Origin: Lama glama | Lineage: Eukaryota | Direction of reading: 5' to 3' | Assembly (NCBI GenBank): GCA_028534125.1 | Contig: CM052817.1 | Span: 10,232,001 to 10,296,000 of the forward strand | Length of the DNA: 64,000 bases | Shown here: positions 24,556 to 37,309 of the stretch, one piece after another | Layout of the letters: each line of letters opens with the position of its first letter | Position numbering within the stretch: the first letter of the stretch is position 1 | Translations under genes and position numbers: made by a program | Notes under the pieces: generated by a model | Seen by the model: only the letters and a program-made list of their open reading frames with translations | Told to the model about the DNA's origin: nothing | The model's database searches: none

Positions 24556-25300
24556 TGTGATATTGTGATTTATAACACAAAATATGTATTTGGTCTTTGA
24601 ACTATTTCTGGCACAGAGCTTCTAAAACCCTTGGTGAGGAGAATGATAAAGGTATCTTTTGTTGTGTTAATGAGGTGACCTTCTGGAAAGTGACTAAGAA
24701 TGGGGGCTGGTTGCCAGTGGAGCCAGCCAAGCGATTAGACTGATGGAACATTCTGTCCCACCCCAATGGCCAGTGATTTGATCAATCATGTCTATGTAAT
24801 GATGCTTCCATAAAACCTCAAACAGACGGGGTTTGGAGAGTTTCTGGGTTGGTGAACCAGAACCCTTACATGTTTCACGGTGCCAGGCTCCAAACTTCAC
24901 GAGGACAGAAACTCCTTTGTTTAGGACCTTGCCCTCTGTGTCTCTTCATCTAACTGTTGAATCACATCTTTTAATAGCCTTTGAAATAAACTTATACTCT
25001 TGTGAGTAAATGGGTTTCCTGAGGTCTGTGAGTCACTCTAGTAAAATAATGGAACCCAAGGAGGGGGTCATGGGAACCTCTGATTTATGGCCAGTTGGTC
25101 AGAAGCACAGGTGACAACCTGGACTTGCCATTGGCTTCTGAAGTTGGGAGGGGGACAGTCTTGTGAGACTGAGCCCTTAACCTGAGGGGTCCGGGTCGAC
25201 AGGGTCAGGATTGAATTGAATTTTGGGACAGAGCTGGTGTTGCAGAATTGGTGGTGTAGGGAGAAACACCCCTTACAGCTTGTAATTGGTGACCTGAATA
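24556..25300 (+). mobile_element. MER21C-like LTR
   Basis: Starts tgtgatattgtgatttataa...aaatatgtatttggtc; contains tggtcagaagcacaggtgacaacctggacttg and gactgagcccttaacctg. Confidence 0.8.
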
Positions 25301-27971
25301 TTACTTCCTTGGAGTGAGTTTCTTCTCACAGAACTTTAAGCATCTTGCAGACGAGCCTCCTGAATGTCCCACCAATCCTCTTATTCCTGAACTTGCAGCC
25401 AGCATACAGTTTTGGTCTTTCTCTATGGCGCTCACCCTTGTGTAGGTGACACCTCCTTCCTGAATGCCCTTCTGTGCTTTCTGCCAGTTCACATGTCATA
25501 TAGCTCCTGTCTCCTGTCCCTTGCCCTTCCCTCCCTTCTAGAACTTACTTCAAGGGGGTTTAGTGCCATGCAATTTGGTTACAAGTTAAATATTAGGGGC
25601 ATTGCAAATGATGTTAACATATTATTATGTTAACCACCCTCGCATTCTTGTCTCTTTTTGATCTTTATACACAAATTCTAGCCAACAAAGCACCGTTGAC
25701 AGGATGCATGATTTCAATTCTTTTAAAATACAATTATTATTCTGTTTCTGGGCAAGACCTCCAACCTGGGAGGTAAATGACTAAATCACTGTGATTGAAC
25801 ATACCTATTGAGAGATAAAAATGACATAATACAATAATAAAGAATTATTATATTGGTTAATTGCAATTTTAATGCAACTTATTGTTTGGGGGAAATACTT
25901 TATAAGTAGATGGAAATACAGAGAAAATGTGGCACCCTGAATAAATAAATACATCTCTTTGCTGACACTCATGTGTAAATACAGATTTTTGTTTTTTTTT
26001 AAATAAAGTTCTGATTTTGAATTTGCTTGTAATTTCATACCTGGTCCTAGATTAATAACGACATAGGAAATTTCTTTTGTATTTACCGTATCACTGTGAC
26101 ACAGAGCTTTCTTATAATTTGAGGAATGTTTAGGGCCAAATTGGAACAGTATTAGCATTAACCCATTTCTCTGGGGGGACAAAAAACTGGAATAAAATAA
26201 TTAAGTACCTTTGCCTCCTAATGAACAGCATGCAACTGTATCCAGTTTCCCCTCTGCTTCCCTTTGATCTCTGTAAGCTTTCCCTTGGTCAGACCTCTTC
26301 TGTTTGAATTGCACTAATTTGTAACTCGGCATCTTCCATCTGGGGATACAGATTTGTTCAGGCCCTGTTCCACGCTGGGCTAAATTTGCCCAGCACCTGG
26401 CTGAACATATTGGTTTCGGCATATTTACCCAAATTGTTAGTAAAACATCAGAAACAGCCGGCTCCTGAGAATCAGATCGCAAGCAGCGTCCCTGTCACTT
26501 ACGCTAATACAGTTTAGACTTGAAATTCACAAGCAGAAGCTCCCCACTTCCCTTCACATTAACGGCAGCCCCTGGAACCCCGGATGTGGCACTTGAAGCA
26601 TCCACGAAGCGGGGAGAAATTAAGGAGGCAGTTCAGCTGGTTTCAGCCTCAGGTTTGATACCTAGTCTGTGGATAATTTTTCGACTCTTCCTTTTTATCT
26701 CGTTTTAACTTCTCCAAGTCCTTTGACTAGCGCTGTGTGGAGACGCTATTGCCAGTCTCATTTCCTGTAGTCTTTTCATGTCCAGTCGTTTTAGCTCCCT
26801 CTGTTTGGTTGAGGGATTAGAGAGCTTCTTAGCCTTAGAGCCAGTTTTGGAATGCAGGTGGAGGGTCAATGGTCAGGACTGTTCCCTGCTTCCATTTTTG
26901 TCTTGAAGTATCCTTTTTGATTTACATGTCTGGAAAACGACAAAAGCCTTCTTATGGTTATTGTAGCTGGAAATGGCCCAGTTCCAGCCCAATTCTTTGC
27001 AAAAAAAAAAAACCCAAAAAACAAAAAACCTTCCCTCTGTTCCTGCCTTTTGCTGTAGAATTCATTATTGTAATGCCTTGTTTACTCACATTTCTATCCG
27101 GTGATAATGAGCTTTTCAGCCTCTAGGTTTTTAAGGTCCCTGGCCACAGAGGGAAGGCCAAGGAAAAGAGAAAAAAAGATGGGAGGGGTGGGAGATCTTG
27201 CCCTGGGACTAGCTTCTCTGTGCATATTCTGAGCACTTATCATTAACCCTTTGTGTATTCTCCATCTTAAACAAAAATCAGAATTCAAGAATAAATGATT
27301 CTCCTAGCTCAGGGTCTGGCTGGTGTGTCAGAAGTACGGGTGACGTTAGTCATTTGTTGTCCCTTCTAAAGTGGCAAGTGGTCATGGGATGGGGAGAAGT
27401 TAGTGCTGCTCTGAAGGGAGATGTCCAGGCCGTCCTGGCATCTAGGCAGAGACCCCACTCCCTATGGACCCAGCAGCCTTGGCAAATCAAACCTCATGTT
27501 CGAATACAGAAATGCTTTTCCAAGAAACTAACTGAAGTTGTGTCTGTTCCTGATTCTGTGTGTTTTATATATCATTGCTAGTCAGAGAGGTAATTTTTCA
27601 TAGTATCCAATTTTATGCACCCACTTGCTCCTTATCATTTCTTCATGCATTTATTTATCAATCCTTGAGCCTAAGTGCCTACTGTTTTCCAGGCCCTGTG
27701 CTAGGTCCTGGCAACAGACCATCACAAAATGGTGACTGAGATCAGTAAGAAAGCCAGAAAAAGGCTGGAGACTCTTCTAGTACCAATCATAACCGGGAGA
27801 TGTTTGCCACAATCCTGACTCGGGGAGAGAAAGGGGAGGGGGTAAAGAAGGTCACAGAATTCAGTAAAGTAATTAGGCAACAAAATATTTAGTTGAAAGA
27901 GGTAGTGGGCAGATTTTTGTTCACTTGAATCAGTGAAAAGAGTTCAAAGAGGTGACCTTAAAAAAGAAATG

Positions 27972-28205
27972 AGTTATACACACTGTTATATATAAAACAG
28001 ATGAACAGCAAGGACCTACTGTATAGCACAGGGAACTATATTCAATTTCTTGTAATAACCTATAATGGAAAATAATCTGAAAAAGAATATATATCTATGT
28101 GTGTGTGTGTGGGTGTGGGTGTGTAAACTGAATCACTTTGCTGTACAGCTGAAACTAACACAACACTGTAAATCAGCTATACTTCAATGAAAAAATAAAA
28201 AAAGA
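27972..28205 (+). mobile_element. L1 3' end (artiodactyl-type) with internal (TG)n
   Basis: atataaaacagatgaacagcaaggacctactgtatagcacagggaactatattcaa...gaaactaacacaacactgtaaatcagctatacttcaat followed by an A tail. Confidence 0.9.
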
Positions 28206-28974
28206 GAAAGGAATGGGCTCAGCCCGGGGTGGCAAAGTCGATCTCAGCAGAAAGACTTGGTGTAGGAGGCCCCTGATTCCACAGGCAGAACCTCAGAGGG
28301 GGGCTCTGGGTGTCATGGACGTGAATCCTTTTCCTTTTCTCTCCCCGTGGTACAAACCCACTTCCTGTGACAGGCGAGTCTGTCTCTGGGACAGCTGATG
28401 ACGGTGGGCAGAGCCTGCCCGCCGCTGCGGGAGCTGGAGGTCAGATGCTGGCTTTTCCTGGCTTCTCTCCCAGCTAGTGTTTTGGTTTGTGTCTTAGACT
28501 GGGGTAATCAAAAGCAAACACCTTCAACTTTGACTGGTGAGTGACTGACGTAAAGAACAGAGACCTGGAGAATCCATTCTGGCGGCCATCGGGACAGCTA
28601 CTGACAGGTGCATCGGGCTTCGGAGGACCAGTGGCCACTGCACCCAGGGCTTCGTCAGGTGTCTGTGGAACAATGGTGATAATGTTGTTGTCCTTGGGAG
28701 GAAATATGATTTTAGGCATTTTTCTAGAACTGCAGCCTCAAAAGTCAGTTTCCCTCAAAAGTCAGTTTCCCAACCTTCCTTCAGCTCCAAAGAACCCAGT
28801 ATCCTTTCAGTAGATGGTTTTTATTTAAACTTGGAGTGGTTTTCTGCTGCTTTGATCATCTATTGCTCAAATTTAGTTCTCTTCAAAGACATGCCCACAT
28901 TCACATGAGTTCATCCCAAGTCTTACTTTTAATATTTTTATTTTTAATCTTCTTTCTTTTAAAATAAATGTTTT

Positions 28975-29062
28975 ATGAATACATGTATGTATATACATGA
29001 TTGGGACATTATGCTGTACACCAGAAATTGACACATTTTAACTGACAGTACTTCAATAAAAA
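28975..29062 (+). mobile_element. Very short L1 3' end (camelid-type)
   Basis: gtatatacatgattgggacattatgctgtacaccagaaattgacacatttt...cttcaataaaaa, flanked by aaatgtttta / aaatatttta. Confidence 0.75.
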
Positions 29063-29069
29063 TATTTTA

Positions 29070-29745
29070 GACAACCTTATTGTGGCAAAATTTCTGTACA
29101 GTAAGCCACATATTTTAGATGTACAGTTTGATGGATTTTTGACAGGTGTACACACCTATGAAACCTTTTGTCTTGTAAAAACAACTACAGAAAATTTGCA
29201 AGAATATTGCTCTGAACACACTCTTCACCTTAGCTGCACCCACTGTTAACATTTTTGCCATGTTTTTGCTTTCTTTTTCTCTGCACGTTAATATGCACAC
29301 GTTATTATTCTTCTTTTTATGCTTCTTCTTATTTGTTAAATTGCTGAACCGGTTGTGGCGATCTGACACCTCACCCCTGAATACTCCAGCATGACTCTCC
29401 TAAAAAGGGCGGCATTCTCTTACAAAGTCACAATGTAATGATCAAGCTCAGGAAACTTAAATTTAACACAAACTATTATCCAATATATAGTCCAGATTCA
29501 CATTTTGCTAATTGTTCCAGTGCTGCCTGAGGGCACTATTTTCCTCTCAAATCCAGGATTCAATCTGGAATCATGCATTACATTTAGATACCATGTCTGT
29601 GTGGTTTTCTTTCTTGTCTGTCTTTCTCTTTTTTTTTTAAACAACATTGACATTTTTGAAGGGTGTAGTCTGTTGTTTTGTAGAATGGTTCTTAATTTGT
29701 TTGTCTGATTGTTTCCTCATAATTTGATTCAGTTTATGTTATCCC
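29070..29745 (-). mobile_element. Old L1 (L1MC-like) 3' fragment
   Basis: gtacagtttgatggatttttgaca...cccctgaatactccagcatg...ggcattctcttaca...atccaggattcaatc...cattgacatttttgaag. Confidence 0.7.
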
Positions 29746-31575
29746 AAATCTTTGACCAAGCCCTTGAATTTGCAACTGTGGTCTCAGATCTCTGTAATTT
29801 CAGTAGCTATAGTAGGTCTGAGATGATAATCCTATCACCTTTATTTGGATAAGTGACTTTGCAGCCTTGGGAAGATATAAAATGTAAGTGTATAGATGAT
29901 GAAGAAATAAATTTAAGTTAAAAATTTATTAATTTTTAATACATTTATTTAGATCTTTGTGTAATTTGTGAGTATACAAGTGTATTAGGAAATTTTGTAC
30001 CCATTATGCTGTTTGGATATACTTTGTAGGACGTCTGAAACATTTAACAGAATCTGACATTCTGAAGGATCTAGACTTGAAATTTAATTTAATTTAAAAT
30101 ACTAGGAAGCTTTATCTAATTATATTTGCTTAAAAGCTTAAGAGAATCTAAGTTACCATATTTATTCATTAGTTTTGGAGATATTAATATGCTTAACTGT
30201 ATCTGACTTACTCATTTTATAAATTTGTATGGATTAAAGTTAAGAGAGTCGTGAAGAGTTAGAAAGATTTTTGTTGTTAGGTTTATAAGCTTGTCTTGTT
30301 AGCTGTTTGAAGTGATTGGGAAAATAAAGTATATTCAATATACGATCATAGCTTGACATGTTTAAGGGAAATTAATTAATGAAATTTTAGACAGTATGGG
30401 AGATTTTAATTTAAGTTTATAAGTTCTTTTGTGACTGCCATTTGATATGTTTAAGAAAATTTGACAAACTTTAAAAATAATGTCCACAAAAAAAATGATG
30501 TTCACATGCTTAGGGAAAATTAATCTATGAAATTTATGAGTTAAATTAGTAGAAATCAAAGAACAAGCAAGAGTGTTCTTAATTTTCACATTAATTACTA
30601 AATTTATAGCAAATATGCTGTACTTGGAAATTGAACTCAAAGGCTAAAGGAAAGATATATTTGAAATGAAAAACGAAAATTAAAAGACTGTTGATGAAAA
30701 CCTAAGACATGGTAAGTATTTTTTTCCCACATGCGAATTCTCCCTTAGATATTATAAAAAACATTGAAACATTAAAAAAAAATCAGAGATGGAAAAAAAC
30801 CAATTGAATAATTAAACAAAAACAATTAAAAAAATGGCCAGAAAATCATGGCACAAAATGCAAGGTACAATGGAAAATGCAGGCACAGAGGGCTAGAGAA
30901 GGCACCTCCTCTGGTCTCAGGGTAGAGTGGGGTCAGGGGACGCTCCACGGAAGGTGCTGTCAGAACTGAGTCTTACATGCGAATGAGAGATAGCCAGTCC
31001 AAGAGGAATGGGGTGGCCTTTCCAGCATGAGCGGAACACAGAGGGCTGATCATGCTGAGCTGCAGGGATGCAGCTGAGGCTGTGCAGGATGTAACCAGGG
31101 CTTACACTGCACAAGACTCTAAGAGATGCCTTCAAATTATTCATTTAATATTTGCTTATTTATTGAGTGCCTACTGTGGCCACTGTCTGTTTCTCTTTGA
31201 GGTTAAAAAAAAGATCCAGGCCCCCTCTGTATTTTGGTGCTTATTACATTGCACACAAATGAGCGGATTTATTGACATGTCTGCTTGATAAGACTGACAG
31301 TGCCTTCAGGAATGGGCTATCAATTTTTGTTTTTCTGCATCTACAGCATTTGGCATAGAGCCTAGAACATAGGAGGCACTGGATAAAGGCCTGTTAGACG
31401 AATGGCATAAATCACAAAGTAAATAAATAATAGCAAGTGAGCCAAGCATGAGAATTCAGTGTGATAAGGATTAAGCTCTTATTCAACACATATTATCTAA
31501 GTGCTTCTTGTGTGCTGTGCATTTTTTTTCTAGAGACTTTGATACAACAGTGAACAAAACTGTCCAAAATCCCTG

Positions 31576-34500
31576 TGTCTTAGGCAAGATCCTCTTGTAG
31601 CAGAGCCTGAAATGGTCATTTGTGCTCAAGTGATTTATCTTGGAAGTGCTCACAGGGTAAAGGGAGTGAGGAAAGGAGGAGAGGGAGGGGAAAAAAGCCA
31701 AGCAAGAATGTGATCTCAACTGACACTAGTGTTAGCTTGATCCTACAAAGAAACTCTAAAGCATGACTAATGTAACAGAGTTAGTCCCACCTTGGGACAA
31801 GGGGGCTAGCCTTTTTTACCCCCAGGTTAATCAGTCATTGACTGAAATCTGTCCCCAAGAAGGACATAGGAGAGTCCCATAGGACCAAGGTTATTGTACC
31901 TGCCCATTCATGGGACATGGTACTACCAAAGTGCCACTCTGGAGGATCACTTCCATGCCAAACTTAGTTTTCCCTAGTCTCGTTGTGTTGCAGAAGTTTT
32001 ATATCCTCATGAAGATGAGGGTCTAGTGCCCCTGGTGGTGTAGCAACTGTTTCCTGTGACTGCTGGTCTACTTCCGTGAGGATCCTCAAATGACCAAGTA
32101 GCACTCTTCTGGGTCTTTTGGTGAACGCATCCCCTTTTCTGGAAACCAAGACTTTTATCCCTGTGGAGTCTGAAGTTACAGACAAAGGAAACACACATTT
32201 CCTAAGTGGCTCATCCTACTTTCATCCTTAGTCCTCTCACCCATGCCTTCTACCTGTTGGCCACATATCACCATGTAACGGCCATTGGTTAAAGTGTATA
32301 CCACATCATAAAGGATATCCCCCCGTATTCTAAGGTGTCATCTTAAATCTGGCCCCTCAGCTGTCCTCAAAAGAGAGTTCCATCATTCTATCAGGCCAAC
32401 AGCCTCTGGAGTGTTTGCAATATGGTAGGACTAACAGATGCCACAGTTACGTGCTCATTACCTTCTTGGAGATGTCCAGATGGTCAGCTGCTTTTGGATG
32501 ATATTATGACAGAGAATGGAAGTTAACATGGCCTTGCAGCAACACTGGGAATGTGTACTCTTATTTGTCTCATGAGAATACAACCTACCTCTCATCTTCC
32601 TCTCATATGAGTATGGAAAAGCACACATTCATTAGATCCATAGCACATTCAATACATCTTAGATCATGCTAATCTCCTTCAGTAAAGACACGCCATCTGG
32701 GACAGCAGCCATGAATAAGACTATACTGGTTAAGTTTGTGATAGTCCATGAATATCTATCATGAGCCATCTGGTTTTTGCACCAGTGAAGATAATGGGAT
32801 ATGACAGTCTATTAAGGATTTGAGAGTGACACCAATATCTGCCATATATATTCTGGGATGAGATACTGTTTTTGATTTGCTATCTTGGAGGGAGAAACAA
32901 CATCACAGGCTTTTACTTGGCCTTTCTTACTATCATAGCTCTTATTCTCCAGGTCAGTTTGGGAGTTCTGCCAATTTGCTAAGGATGGCAATTTTGATTA
33001 TACCTTCAGGAATCAGGGAAATAGCAATGGGTGAATCTCTGGATTCAACTAATCTGCTTTGAGGTGGACCTGGGCCAGGAGTTCATTTATTAGTGACCCC
33101 CACAGTCCCCACTATAACACGAAATAATGGCAGTGTGGGTAGGGGTTCCTGGCATTAATGTCTATTCACACCCTGCATTCTACAACCCTTGAAAGATCTG
33201 GTTATTTGCCTGCCCCCAGTATACAATTATCTGAGTAAATGGCCATAATCCTTTTGTTGCTGTTGTTTGCTCATTAAGGGGAGGGACTGGGAAAGCACCA
33301 CTCTGTACACTTGCTGTGATGTTGCAGGTTTTCTTTTCTTTTCTTTTTTTTTCTTTTCTTTTTTTTTTTTTTTGTGGAGATCTGGTCTTTCCTTCAGTCA
33401 ATGGGCTCTGGACCTGAGAACTCTTCGGTGTGTAAACTGGGCACACCTTTGGCTGCCATCCCAATCTCGATGTCTACTATGGCAAGTGGGTTCAATTTGT
33501 TTCTGATTGTTAAGTGCTGCCACCCGGCCTCTTCAGTTTTGGGTTCTTATGATCCTCATTGCAATTAGGAAGTCAGTTCTGAAGCAGTATCTGCCTTCAT
33601 CTGTCCTGAACTACAGAGGAAAACTACCCCTCGGTTTTTCACCGCTTGTGACTATCTCACCAGACCATTCTTTATCACCTTGGTAAACAGATCATCCTCT
33701 GAGCCAACCCAAGGAACATACTTGGTTGGTACATTTTCTGGTCTCATATAATAGACATATTCTAGCATCCTCACTTCTCTAAGGCTCATGAATCCTTCCC
33801 CCATGGTTTTGCATGCTTTGTCTGGCATCCCTCCTTCATAGAAAGTGAGCCATGAATTTCCCCAAGCTCCTAAGATTTGCTCCAGCTATGTGTGAGAACA
33901 ATCACTTGGGGCCCTTGTCAGAATGGTAAATGTGATATTTCAGAGGAGTGTCCCATGCTGACAAGCTCTCCATTATCCAGCTTTGCATCCTTCTACCTTG
34001 GTCTGGCATAATCTGGATCCGCTCCCATCACTGGTCCTGGCACTACATGTTAGCTTGGTTCTGCAGCCCTATTGGAATATGATCTCTTTCTTCACTCTTT
34101 GTACCAGGTAATGTGTCTCTTTCCAGCTGTTCAGCAAAGGTAAGAGCCTTGGCCATTATAATGCTGGAATACGTCAGGAATGATCAACACCTAACACCAG
34201 TGCTGGGGTCCTCATCGCCATTCAGCCAACATGTGATCCACTTTGGGAATCTCATCCTTCGAGCTTCCTAGGACCACCCACGTTTGGTACCTACTGTCTT
34301 AGGCTTGGTTCCCTGGAAGCAGAGTGTCCTTTAGCAGAAGAGTAGCCACCCAAACATGAGTATTCTCATACAAGTGATTTCCTGGGGAAAATACTTTCCA
34401 GAGAAGGAGAGGTAAGGGAAGCAGGATGGAGCAGGGAGAGAGCTAAGCAGAAACATGGGTAGTCTCAGCTGACAATTAACTTCGGTCTGAGCTCACAGTG

Positions 34501-34750
34501 AAACTTTGGAAAACAGTTTACATCGCAAAGTAATCTGCACCTCAAGGCAGTGGGCTGGCTTTTTGGTACCTCATGTGAGTCAGTCACTGGCTGTCATCTA
34601 CCTCTTGATAGAAAGGGCTGGTTTTTGTTGGCTGAGGAAAATCCTATGAAGGACATGGTACAGATGCCACAGGTAAGTAGGGAGCAGATGGAAGGGAGCA
34701 GAGTTAACAGGTTTTTTTTTTTTTTGAAAATTAGGTGAACTACTGGCACA
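31576..34750 (-). mobile_element. Deleted ERV-L-class (ERV3-16A3/LTR16-like) provirus with two LTRs
   Basis: Both LTRs begin tgtcttaggc on + (31576, 34295); PBS-like ggtacca...gtggtcctaggaagc lies next to the 5' LTR. Minus-strand relics: protease region LWPFTQIIVYWGQANNQIFQGL, RT VQKPDGS**IFMDYHKLNQ...AAVPDGVSLL, integrase PEAVGLIE*WN, dUTPase LGHLRILTEVDQQ...GALDPHLHEDIKLLQHN. Confidence 0.85.
33329..33373. repeat. Poly(T)/(TTTTC)n tract
   Basis: Directly visible inside the ERV internal region. Confidence 0.85.
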
Positions 34751-35959
34751 TTTGTTGCTGGGAATGACCAAGCAGAGAGTGCAAATGGGAAGATAAGTGA
34801 GAGAGGAAAATTACTGTAGCTGAGTGGTTAAGTGGGGGTAGGAGCCAGCTTAAAAATGAACGGATTAATCTAAGCTAGAAGCATGGGGTTTGATCCACAG
34901 TACCAACAGAGAGGGCGTATCTGCAGAGGCTACAGGAGGTGTGTCAGGCTCCCCAGGGATGCGTCCCAGGGGTTACAAGGCAGACGCACGGACCCTGATA
35001 GGTACTTGTCAAAATGGGAAGAAGTCTTCTTGACAAAAGCTGCATTTGTCCCGCATCTTAAAGAGGAGTACGAGGCTTTGTTTAGACAGAGGAGAGATCA
35101 GAGTTTCTATTTTTGTGGTTCTCTCTTCTGAGGAATTTCTATTCCTTTCCAAATTAAAGCAGCTCCTCTGAAAAATATTCCACAAAAATCCTTCTGAATC
35201 CAGGGAAACAAAACAAATCAATATTTATTCAAGATCTACTGGGTGCCAATGTAGCAAATCAAATCCACACCATTGGGTGCAGAATGCTGAACTTCCCACT
35301 GGAATTTTCTCCTGGACATCACAGGAAACAAAAGGACACAGCTTTGCTTTATTACCTGAAGAGTTTTCACTAATCTGCCTACTCAGGAACAAAAGTTCCT
35401 TACAATTCTGTTAATTCAGATATCAGGACCCCTTCCCAATACACACCCACAAAGTGCATTGGTCCCTGTGTACGCTATATGTTAACTGTGCATAGCTTCA
35501 TTTTGTTCAGCTCATTGTATCTCCTTTACTGTGTCTTCCAGTGTCTGCCTTGGTGAGTGTGTGTGTCAAAGTCATGACCAATATTCTGTAATGTCAGACT
35601 TTATGGCTTTGCCCAGTCACCTGTGACATGCACACGATCAAAGTAACTGGGATGAAAATGTTGATGATGATGGTGGTGAGGTTGAGGGTCATCACATGTG
35701 GTCTCTGTGCCTGTAACGGTGGTTAGCACATAGGAGACCTTAAATTTGTTGGTTGGATGGATGGATGGAGGTGGAACACATGAATGAATGAGTAACATGA
35801 AACTAGATTCCTTAGATTCTATTACTCCTCACTTGGATATGTTCTAAATGTAGATGAACCAAAAACCTGTTATTCAGCTATTAACAAAGTTTATTGTCTT
35901 TCTTTACAGGTAATTATGCTGCCAAGGGCTGAGTTCATTGTTTCCTCTCAAGAGAGGGG

Positions 35960-36200
35960 TTGTGAGGCAGTGAAAAGAATGTGGCTTTAGAATTTGAAGC
36001 CTGGTGTTAAAATATAATTCGGTTACTTCCTAGCAGTGTTATCTTGGGCCAGTCACTTAACCTCCCTCAGGCTTTCTCTACATTTACAAAAAGTAGAATA
36101 ATAACCCCTCGATTGTACAGGACTTGGGGAAGGATTACACTAGATGATGCATTAGAAGGCAGTTTGCGTGCCAGAAACAACACAGAAATTTGAGCTGTCA
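35960..36200 (+). mobile_element. MIR SINE
   Basis: tacttcctagcagtgttatcttgggccagtcacttaacctccctcagg...ggaaggattacactagatgatgcat. Confidence 0.7.
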
Positions 36201-36622
36201 TTCTTCTCTTTGATGCAGGTGATGCCAGCTCTTCTCTGTTTCTGAATTCATAGGAGCTTAGCTTTTCAGATATGTTATCTTTTTATTTCTGCCTAGAAAA
36301 CGTGATGATCATGGGAATGCTGCTAATCCACAGGAAAATGAAGAGAATAATGAGAGCCCTTCACCTCTGCAGAACAGAACAGCTCACACGGTGCGTTCCG
36401 ACGCCCAGTCTCATCCAGTCCTCACGGCAGGTCCAGGCAGTGGCTGTTCAAGTCCCCGTCATCACTGCTGGAACTGTGTCCCCAGCAGCAGTCTCCTTTG
36501 GTTGGAGGGAAGGAGCTGAACAGATGCTGCAGCTGAATTCCCTGTGCAGGAAATGAAACAGAGGCTGGGATCCCAGCTGCTGGGGCTGGACGTCTGCTGC
36601 CTAACTCATTGCTGACTCTGAC

Positions 36623-37075
36623 TGTGAAGGTGAGTTTGATGTATCAACTTGCCTGGGTCGCAAGGTGCCCAGAGGTTTGGTCAATATCCTGGGCATGTCT
36701 GTGGAGGGATTTTTTAATTGATAGACTGAGTGAAGGAGATTGCCCTCCCTAGTGCGGGTGGGCCTCAACAAAGCCACTGAAGACCTGAGTAGAACAAAGA
36801 AATTGAGGAAGAGAGAAATCCTCCCATGTCACTGCTTTGAGCTAGGACATTGACTCTTCCTGGGTCTGCAGCCTGTTGGCTTTGAACTGGAGCCTGCTTC
36901 ATCAACTCTTCTGGTTCTCAGGACTTCAGATTCAGAAGGGAACTGCACCATCAATGCTCTTGAATCTCCGATTTGCCAACTGCAGGTCTCAGGACTTCTC
37001 AGCCTCCATAATTGTGTGAGCCAGTTCCTTATAACAAATAATGCATACATGCATAATATACATGTGGAGATTCTA

Positions 37076-37115
<40 letters not shown>

Positions 37116-37168
37116 TCTATCTCTCCATTCTGTTGATTCTGTTTCTCTGAAGAATCTTAGCAAATATG
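36623..37168 (+). mobile_element. MLT2 (ERV-L) solo LTR
   Basis: tgtgaaggtgagtttgatgtatcaacttg...gattgccctccctagtgcgggtgggcctc...ggacttctcagcctccataattgtgtgagccagttcct...ttctgtttctctgaagaa. Confidence 0.85.
37072..37122. repeat. Compound (TCTG)n(TCTA)n microsatellite
   Basis: Directly visible within the MLT2 LTR. Confidence 0.9.
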
Positions 37169-37309
37169 CCAATAAGGGGCAAATCACATATGGGAAAAAA
37201 AGCTCTTGATAAAGAATGGAAATACTTATGTAAATATGAAAGACTAGATATTAAGTAAAACTCCTCCCATGATAGCACAGCTAAAAATGCTAGATAAAGT
37301 ACTTTAAAG

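Noticed and set aside
31964..32194. dUTPase-like ORF as a functional gene
   Set aside because: Truncated and degenerate ERV-L relic with an internal deletion and a stop.
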